DNA of 64,000 nucleotides from Chrysomallon squamiferum (Eukaryota; Animalia; Mollusca): NCBI GenBank assembly GCA_012295275.1, contig CM022668.1:4092001-4156000 (forward strand), written 5' to 3'. Numbering within the stretch: the stretch's first letter is position 1; every line of letters begins with the position of its first letter. The notes under the pieces are model-generated. The model worked only from the letters and a program-made list of their open reading frames with translations. It did not search any database and was not told the origin of the DNA. This document shows positions 53,884-64,000 of this stretch, one piece after another. The translations under genes were made by a program, and so were the position numbers.

Positions 53884-56800
53884 TAAGAAAGAAAAAAAAA
53901 AGAAAGAAAGAAACTAAAATGAATAATAGAACAAACAAGTTTTATTGTATTTTTGATATGCCCGATGATCAATATATTTTATATTATGTTTATTTACTGT
54001 AATGCAAAATATTACCAAGAACGGCTATTCACATTTTTTTTATAAAAAAAGTTCTTTCTTTTTTTTTTTTTTTTTATTTATTTATTTATTTATTTATTAT
54101 TATTAATTATTTATGTATTTATTTATTTTTAGTTTGTTTATGAAGCTAAAAAATTAAAAAAAGAAAAAATACAAATATATGTATTGTAGTGAAAATTAGT
54201 ACTTCAAACTGATAAGATAGTTTTACCATGTAGTCAATTTAAAAAAAAAGTCAATTTGTTATTTTATTTATTTATTTTTTTAAATACGTTGAAAACTTTG
54301 AAAACATTCATAACTGTAGGTAAGTACACTTTGCCATTAATTACAATTACAATTCCTAAAAAATATCATATTTAATTCTTTATAATTCAGAAAGATTGTT
54401 TGGCATATTATATTATTATTTTAGAACTTTTCTCTTTTCAGTATTAACATCATTTTTTTTTTCAATGTTAGAAGACGGACAGGAGTTTTTAATTTAGAAA
54501 TATTGTCTAAATTTCAATAAATTGGCCAATGTGTATATTGATATTTTATCTTCAGCTTTTCAAAATTTTAGTTTAAACTAAGTAATTACTGAGTTTAGAA
54601 AAACTGTATCCTAAAATATCAATTCATCATCCAAAATATTTGTATAGTGTAATTATAATCTAGTTTTGGACTTAGTGGTGTGCAGTATAACTCTGGTTTA
54701 AACTTGAATGAAGTCAGTAATATTTAAAAAAAACGATTTTTACCATACAATTAATATTTTCATAATATATTTTAAAGATGGAGAAAATGCTTTTAATTTA
54801 TTTATATTTTAATTTTAGAATTATTTGTCGTAATATCTTAATAATAAGTTATACTTACAATGAGAATATTTTTCTTTTGCTAGTTATTTTATGGATTGAA
54901 GACAATTATTTGATAGCCGTCAACAAAAAAGAATGCATTTAGGCAGAAAATGCCAGAAATGAAATGTGGTAGAAAAAGGACATTATCAAAACTTGTGACT
55001 TGAGATTCATTGATTCATTTCTGTATGGTCTCTGTAGGTGAATAAATATATTTTTTGTTATAATATTAGTATTGTTACATTAGTTACGATGTACCAGCCT
55101 TACTTCTTGTTTACTATTCTTTTGAGACCTCAGATTCCCACTTGAATTGTCTTAGATGAATATGTGTAGTCATGTTTTTAATTCTGTTCATGGTTTTAGT
55201 CTCTGGAAATACTAAAAATATTTGTCCTATTTCGTCCTTTTATATTATTTTATTTTATTTTATTTTTTGACATGATGTATTCAGTTTATCCTACATAAAG
55301 TTACATTTTTTCACCAATGCACTAGTCACAAGAATATCTTTTCATGTGTGTTTTCATGTTGCTTAATTTTAGTACAGTATAATAATAATTATTGATCTAA
55401 TAGAAGACTGTCAGTTAATGTACAGCTGACATGTTACTAAAGACAAGTTTGTAAATCTGTGCAAGTTCTCACTTAAACAGTCAGTATTTGTTTTACTCAA
55501 GTACAACTGCTCAGTTGTTATTAATCAAAGGTCTTGGTTTTTGCTGTTCTGATTACAGTAAAATGTCCTAGCAGACAAGTTACAACTATTAATATCAAAC
55601 AAGCAAAGACGCGCACATAGACGTGAATACTAAAAGAATACTAAAAAAAGTCTTTAAAGAGAAAAATCCTTTAATTAAAACAATTTTGAAAATTAAGAAT
55701 ATTAAATATAGTTAAAACATAAACTGCTTTTTATCTTAATTTACTTACCATACCTGAAAAATACTATTTAAAGAGTATAGATATTTTTAACTGGATACTA
55801 TTTTATGTATTTATTTTTATTGGACTGCAGTGTTTGTCTTATATATAACAAACATGTAGTAAGTACAGTGGTATATTAATAATAACAACTCCCAATTTAC
55901 AGAAACAGAAACACAGAGTTAATATGAATTAAAATAGTTTTAAAATAATGGACTTCATAGCCATTGTCTTACACATTTGCTAATTACTGTATTAAAAGTT
56001 CACATACTTGTTATACATGTTGTTTTAACCACAAATCTCTTAACATTTTATTTATTTTTAGTTATGCTTTTAAATCTATGATCATTTTTTAAATTATATG
56101 TTTAAATTAAAATTAAAAATATTGTAAAATGCTTAAAATTTGTGCTGTTCCATATGGAAAACATTAGTACAAAAATACCTTTTCAGTTATAACATTTAAT
56201 TCCTTTTTAAATTATTAACTTTGAATGATTCAAAAATAAAAATACTTTATTTTATATTTATTTCCAAAAACATGAATGGATATTATTTAGTTTTATTATT
56301 TTAAATTTAAAAAAAAAGTTCTCTTTTAATTTTAACTTTATATCACCTGACTATTTGTGTATGCTCTGTGTCAGAATACAGACTGATCTAAGGGTTCCTT
56401 GTCCTGGATGATAGCCAGTGGGTAGTCAGTTATTTGAAATTTAGTTTAGACACCTCTATTGCATTTAATATTTTTGAGGGGTCTTGCATAGGAATTATTT
56501 TCCTTTAATACCCATATTATTTTTATCTAACTGACCTAAATCTTTCAGAATGTTTTTATTGTAAAAATCCTGAGATTTTTTTCAGTTATTGTATTTGCTG
56601 ATAAATGGTCACAGTTTTAACCTGTATGATACATTGAATTACAACAGGTTGTGTTTATTATTGGTTAAGTGTTTGCTATTAGATGATGAAAGCCTGTTTC
56701 ATTGGAGGGGATGTTAAATTGATTTTATGTAATTATAAAAATGAACTTTTCATGGGATTTAAACTTGGTAGTAGACACAGATGGGACAAACAGTTTCAGA

Positions 56801-59399
56801 ATCTTATAAAAGTTTATATTGATCAACAGCCCATTTCTCATGTGTACAGATGTATTATAAACATAGATAAAATAATTTATGTCCTGTTTCAAAATTTTTA
56901 TTTTATTCAGTTGAAACATGTTGGACCATCATCCAGATATTTTATATTGTCTGTGGGATTTTGTTCACATCAATCTGCCATACAAACAACATTTAAATGT
57001 AACACTTAAAAAAAAAAAATAAAAAATAAAAAAATAAACTAAATAAAAATAAATAAATGAGATATTTAAAGAAATAAAACATTTCACCATTAGCTCAGAA
57101 ATAATAATAATATGGAGAACTTCAGAATTATATACAAGTCTTTAAAAAAAGCAACTTTGAATGAAATTAATGTTTTCTTGTATGATGATCAAACTGTTTG
57201 GTAGTTTTATTTTTACTAGTTAACAGCAAAGGATATTTTACATGCATCACACAAGAGTGATGTGTGATCAGTCTTGTTTCTCTCATTTCCTCTTTCTAAT
57301 TTCACTGTGAATACTGATGATTTTTTTTTTATTTTATATTTTAAAATATTTCAAATGTTATTTTTTATTTTATTTTATTTATTTTTCTATAAACATTATT
57401 TTATTTATTAATTTAATTTTTCATCAGATATTTACTTGTCTATTTTAATTCTGTGTCCTGGGATTTCAGTTAAGGGCCCCTATTGTTTTCCCAGAACATA
57501 GTTTGAAATAGTTTGCTTAAGATCCCTAAATAATAATCCAAATTTATCTGCTGTAAACTGTTTAGCTTTCTTATTTATAATTTTTGGCATCATATTTACA
57601 TGGCAGATTTGTAGAATAAATGAAGGTATCTTTGTGTTGCACATTTGTAGAATATTCAGATATCTTCACATTTGTCTGGCATGTTTACGTAATAATTCTG
57701 ATATCTTCATGTTTGTATGGCAGATTGGTGCCATGATTCAAGATGTCTTCTGCTTTTATGTCAGATTTGTAGAATAATTCTGATATCTTTCTGTTTGTAG
57801 AGCAGATTTGTAGAATATTTTTTAATCATAAAGATTATAATATCCCATTGAGTAAAATAATAAAATATCTGACGTGAGAGATACCTACTGGATTTCAGAA
57901 TTTCTAGCACCAAACATCAGAAATAACCAGTTTAATCACGGCAAAACACTGGTCATAGCCAAACATAGGAATAACCAATTCAGTTGCAGATCCAGAAATA
58001 AAATAACGGTTAGTGGTGGCTGGATTGGGAGTCCAGTTGTTTCCCAAAGCTGCACATATTTTGCCAAGTTGTGATTTAAAGTAAAAATTTAAACATTTTC
58101 TCTTTCTAATGAATGCTGAGAATGTTAGATCAGTTAGACTGTCACAAACACTTTAGGTGATGTGTATGCATCAATAATCGGTAGTAAAATCAGTATGTTA
58201 ATGTGATTTATCTGGTAAAAGTAATAAAAGAAGAATAAAAGAGAATGGGAAGTACAGGTGTTTCATTAATTAGTCAAACAGTAAGGACTCGGACAGCATG
58301 TGGTGTGGTGCAAAGCCATAAAACTGTTAAAATCTGCTTTTGCTTACTTCAGAGTGAACTGCTTTTGTGTTTAAGCTCATATGTCACAACATCTAAACAG
58401 TTTTGAATGGAGTTACCTATAAGCACTCTGGTGGTTCTTTTTCCTAATAGCACGTATCCAGCATATCTTCATGTTTTACTGGTTTCAATGCATGTGTCAT
58501 ATCCAAGAAATGCAGGCAGATGGATACCATTTCTCGCCTGAAATATCACAGGCTTCTTTTCATTGTACTTTCAGCTATGAAGAGTTCATTATGCACCAGT
58601 TTCCAGCAGTTGTAATTAAAATACAACCAATTTCAGTTGGAAAAAATGATGTATATACATTGTTTTGTGTTGTACATTGGCAACACTGTTATGGTTAAGA
58701 TGAAATTATTAAATGTCACAGATACAAATATCTTACAGGTGTCTGTGATATCATGTTTAATGTATTTTGAGTGACTTAGTAAAATTTGTAAAATTCAATC
58801 ATTATATTTGGAATGAAAATTAAACAAGAAAAAGAAAATAAGAAAAAGAAGTAAATTCACCTCCACTGGATCAGCGACTGTAGTTTATTCTGTTTTATTA
58901 AAAGTTGGAGTGGTGTCAAACTGTATAATAACCAATTTTAAGTGTTAAGCTTACCTCGCTCTATGTCATTTCTGCCTATGTCGAATACATCTTTGATTCA
59001 TGTTGTCAAAAATTAAACTGTTTAACTTCACTTTGCATTTTTCTTCAGCACTGGCAACAGTTGTGCCTTTTTCTCCACAGTGCAGGCTCAAATCACATTA
59101 GAGTGAGAACGAAAGAAGAAAACACAGACCAAAAAAAATGGACTGATCATTAATTATATTGTAATAGTACTTACCACCGTTCATTGCAGTATATGGTTAT
59201 TTGAATATAAATGGAGCAAAAGTTTAAGTTAATATAAGAAGTGACTTTTGAAAAGCAGTCTTTAGATAACCTGGTTCAATGTGTAACTTTACGAAGCAAA
59301 GAGGAGACTGTTTCAGAAGTCTTCTTCAGAGTATTACAGGTTTCACTATTTTTTCCTGAAGGTTTTGTCAGACCTTCCAGTGGCAATTTCAATCACTGT

Positions 59400-60082
59400 G
59401 TTACCCATATTTATTGCTGTCAGCTACACACTACCTGTCTGCTGTTATAGTAGTGGAAATACTCTAAGGATACCCATATTTATTGTTGTTACATCTCTGC
59501 TGTTGTTGTAGTGGTAAAACACATATTTACTGTTGTCTGATATTGACTACGTGTCTGCTGTTGTTGTAGTGGTAAAACACTAGGCATACCCATATTTGTT
59601 GGTGTTGTCACACATCGACTACATGTCTGCTGTTGTGTGCCATATTTAGTGGTAAACAGTACTATACCCATATTTATTGTTGTCAGACATACACATCACA
59701 TCTACTTTTGTTTTAGTGTTAAAACATTAGCCATATAAAAATGTATTATTGTCAAACATCAAATACATGTCTGTGTTGTTGTAGTAGTAAAACAGTACCA
59801 AATCCCATATTTATTATAATCGGACATCGACTACATGTCTGCTGTTGTTGTAGTGGTAAAAGACTATGCATACCGATAAATAAATATTGTTGTCAAACAT
59901 CGACTTCATAGCTGCTGTTATTGCAGTGGTAAAACCCTAACCCATAAAATAACCATATTTATTGTTGTCAGACATCGATTACGTGTGTTGTGTTGTTGTG
60001 GTAGAAAAGCACTAGGTATATCCATATTTATTGTTGTAAGACGTCCATTACATATCTGCTGTTGTTGCAGTGGTAAAACCCT
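59400..60082 (+). repeat. ~69-bp minisatellite array (copy 2)
   Basis: Duplicate of 26067-26790 with unit-level differences. Confidence 0.9.
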
Positions 60083-60880
60083 AATTATTTACGTAGTTAC
60101 TTATTTTCTTTCTTACTTAGATAATTATTTACGCATTTACTTGCTTTCTTCCTTACTTACGTAATTATTTACGTACATACTTACTTTCTTTGTTAGGTAA
60201 TTATTTACGTACTTACTTGCTTCCTTACTTAATTATGCAATTATTTACGTACTTACTAGCTTACTCGCTTACTTAGGTAATTATTTACGTACTTACTTGC
60301 TTTCTTGCTTACTTAGCTAATTATTCACGAACTTAATTATTTTCTTTCTTAGTTAGATAATTCTTAGTGTTCTTACCTACATCCTAACTTACTTAGGTAA
60401 TTATTTCCGTACTTACTTGCCTTATTGCTTACTTAGGTAATTATTCAAGTACTTACTTGCTTCTTTCCTTAGCTAGGTAATGATTTATGTATTTTCTTGC
60501 TTCCTTAGGTAATTATTTACGTGCTTAATTACTTTCTTTCTTACTTAGGTAATTATTTATGTACTTACTTGCTTCCTTGCTTAGATAGGTAATTATTTAC
60601 GAATTTACAAGATTACTCGCTTACTTAGGTAATTATTTACGTTCTTACTTGCTTTCATGCTTACTTAGGTAATTATTTACGTACTTAGTTGCTTTATTCC
60701 GAACATAGATAATTGATAATGTACTTACTTATATTCTTACTTACTTAGGTAATTAATTATGTAGTTACATGCTTTCTTGCTTACTTAGGTCACTATTTAC
60801 GTACTTACATGGTTTCTTGCTTACTTAGGTAATTATTTACGTACTTATTTGCTTTATTCCTTACTTACATAATGATTTAG
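60083..60880 (+). repeat. 40-bp tandem repeat domain related to the large satellite
   Basis: Unit ACTTAGGTAATTATTTACGTACTTACTTGCTTTCTTGCTT recurs with a 40-bp period (clear at 60231-60470). Confidence 0.9.
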
Positions 60881-61265
60881 TAAATGAGAATGTAAGGATG
60901 TACATAAATAATTACCTAAGTAATCAAGAAACCAAGAAAGTACGTAAATAATTACCTAAGTAAGCAAGTAAGGTAGTAAGTACGTAAATAATTAGATAAT
61001 TAAGAAAGACAGTAAGTAAGTAAGTGAGAATGCAAGCCAGTACATTAACAGCTATGTGAGTAAGAATGTAAGTAAGTACTTAACAAATGACCTAAGTTAC
61101 CAAGGAAGCTAGTAAGTAAGTAAATAGTAACGTAAGTAAGTAGATTAATAATTATCTAAGAAATAAATTAATTAAGTAAGTAAATAATGACCTAAGTAAG
61201 CAAGGTTGCAAGTTTCTAAGTAAGTGAGAATGCAAGTCAGTTTATTTACAATTATGTGAGTAACA
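60881..61265 (-). repeat. Inverted satellite block (reverse 40-mers then reverse ~100-mers)
   Basis: AAGTACGTAAATAATTACCTAAGTAAGCAAG and TAAGTGAGAATGCAAG are reverse complements of flanking satellite motifs. Confidence 0.9.
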
Positions 61266-64000
61266 TAAGTTCTTACTTCTATAATTGTTAATGTACAAAT
61301 TTCCATTTTCTCTTAGTTGCTAGCTTCCTTGCCGTCTTAGATCATTATTCACGTACTTACTTACTTTCTTTCATAGTTAGGTAATTGTTAATGTACTTAC
61401 CTAGATTACTATTCACTAACATACTCGCTTCCTTGCTAACTTAGGTCAATATTTAAGTACTTACTTACATTCTTACATAAATGTTAATGTACTGACTTGC
61501 ATTCTCACTTAATTACTTACTTACTTCCTTGCTTACTTAGATCATTATTTACGTAATTACTTAATTTATTTCTTACTTTGATAATTGTTAATGTACTTAC
61601 TTGCATTCTCACTTACTTAGAAACTTGCATCGTTTCTTACTTAGGTCATTATTTACGTACTTAATTCAGTTCTTCCTTAGATAATTGTTAATGTACAAAT
61701 TTGCATTTCTCTTAGTTGGATAATTGTCAATTTAGATCATTATTTTTTTATTTATTTACTTTTCTTTCATAGTTAGGTAATTGTTAATATTTGTATTTAC
61801 TTAGCTTTCATTAATTCACATAATTGTTAATTTTCTAACTTACATTCTCACTCACATAATTGTAAAGTTACTGACTTAGTTTTCTGACTCTTACTTTTAG
61901 GACATTTCCTTGCTTAAGTTCTCATTGTTTACGTAATTACTTAATTTATTTATTACTTAGATAATTGTTAATGTACTTACTTGCATTCTCACTTACTTAG
62001 AAACTTGCATCCTTGCTTACATAGGTCATTATTTACTTACTTACTTAATTTATTTCTTAGTTAGATAATTGTTAATGTACTTACTTGCATTCTCACTTTT
62101 CTCTAACTTTTGCTTACTTAGGTCATTCCCTTACTTAATTAGTTCTTCATTATTTTAATGTACTTATTTACTTTTTTTCTTAGTTTACTCACATAATTGT
62201 TAATCATTATTTAGTATTTCCATTCTACTTACTTAGTTAATTGTTAATTTCTTTCTTTTTTAACTTACTCATTCCCAACTTAATTCAGGACATTACTAAA
62301 TTTATTTCTTACTTCACATAATTGTAAATGTACTTGACTTGCATTCATTCTCACTAACTTAGTAACTTGCATCCTTGCTTACTTAGGTCATTATTTACGT
62401 ACTTAATTAATTTCTTACTTAGATAATTGTTAATGTACTTACTTGCATTCTCACTTACTTAGAAACTTGCATCCTTGCTTACATTAGGTCATTATTTACT
62501 TACTTACTTAATTTATTTCTTAGTTAGATAATTGTTAATGTACTTACTTAGGTTACTATTTACTTACTTATTCTCTTCCTTGCTAACTTAGGTCAATATT
62601 TAAGTACTTACTTACATTCTTACTCACATAATTGTTAATTTACTGACTTCCATTCTCACTTACATAGTTACTTGTTTCCTTGCATTCTTAGCTCATTATT
62701 TACGTAAGTACTAAATTTATTTCTTACTTAGATAATTGTAAACATACTTACTTGCATTCTCACTAACTTAGTAACTTGCATCCTTGCTTACTTAGGTTAT
62801 TATTTACGTACTTAATTACGTTCTTACTTAGATAATTGTTAATGTACAAATTTGCAATTTCTCTTAGTTCCTCGCTTCCTTGCCATATTAGATCATTATT
62901 TACGTACTTACTTACTTTCTTTCATAGTTAGGTAATTGTTAATGTACTTACTTAGGTTGCTATTTACTTACTTATTATCTTCCCTGCTAACTTAGGTCAT
63001 TAGTTAAGTACTTACTTACATTCTTACTCACATAATTGTTAATGCAATGACTTACATTCTCACTTACTTAGTTACTTGTTTCCTTGCTTAGTTAGCTCAT
63101 TATTTACGTAAGTACTGAATTTATTTCTTCCTTAGATAATTGTTAATGTACTTACTTGCATTCTCACTAACTTAGTAACTTGCCATCCTGCTTACTTAGG
63201 TCATTATTTACTTACTTAATTACTTTTACTTTACGTTCTTACTTAGATAATTGTTAATGTACAAATTTGCATTTTCTCTTAGTTGCTCGCTTCCTTGCCA
63301 TATTAGGTAATCATTATTTATTTACTTACTTATTTACTTTCTTTGATAGTTAGGTAATTGTTAACCCATTACTCCTCACATAACTTAGTACTGACTTGCA
63401 TTATTTACTTTAGTTAGTATCTTCCCTGCTTAACTTAGGTCATTATTTAATTACTTAATTACATTCTTACTCACATAATTGTTAATGCAATGACTTACAT
63501 TCTCACTTACTTAGTTACTTGTTTCCTTGCTTACTTAGGTCATTAGCTTTTTAGTTTTATTTGTTAATTGTAAGCATTTACTACTAAATTTATTTCTTCC
63601 TTAGATAATTTATTTCTTCCTTAGATAATTGTTAAGGTATTTACTTGCATTCTCACTAACTTAGTAACTTGCATCCTTGCTTACTTAGGTCATTATTTAC
63701 GTACTTAATTAAGTTCTTACTTAGATAATTGTTAATGTACAAATTTGCATTTTCTCTTAGTTGGTCGCTTCCTTGCCAATTTAGATCATTATTTAGTATT
63801 TACTTACTTTCTTTCATAGTTAGGTAATTGTTAATGTACTTACTTAGCTCACTATTTACTAACTTACTCGCTTCCTTGCTAATTTAGGACATTAGTTAAC
63901 TTCGTACTTACATTCTTACTCACATAATTGTAAATGTACTGACTTGCATTCTGACTTACTTAGTTACTTGCTTCCTTGCTTACTTAGGTCATTATTTACG
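61266..64000 (+). repeat. Second satellite array, more diverged ~100-bp/~404-bp variants, runs off the window end
   Basis: Same monomers as 26791-43903 but with different diagnostic variants (e.g. GTAACTTGCATCC instead of GTAACTTGGAACC). Confidence 0.93.

Overview
AT-rich, microsatellite-dense eukaryotic DNA (invertebrate-like; mollusc/gastropod is only my inference from repeat content and protein style). The only credible intact gene is a single-exon LicD/fukutin-family phosphotransferase CDS (8483-9412, minus). Its upstream region is one arm of a ~1.3 kb inverted repeat (9676-10977 / 15005-16233). A ~16.3 kb block (10491-~26863) recurs as a near-identical direct copy (43904-~60154, offset ~33.3-33.4 kb). 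The block holds most of the inverted repeat, a GC-rich structured element, a decayed Merlin (IS1595/ISXO2-like) transposase, a CpG-free segment and a 69-bp minisatellite. Each copy runs into an ACTT-derived satellite with hierarchical structure (40-bp -> ~100-bp -> ~404-bp -> 807-bp higher-order repeat). The satellite fills ~26.8-43.9 kb and 60.1 kb to the window end. Parts of the satellite look like consensus errors, so some of the large-scale structure may be an assembly artefact. All coordinates and counts were read by eye.
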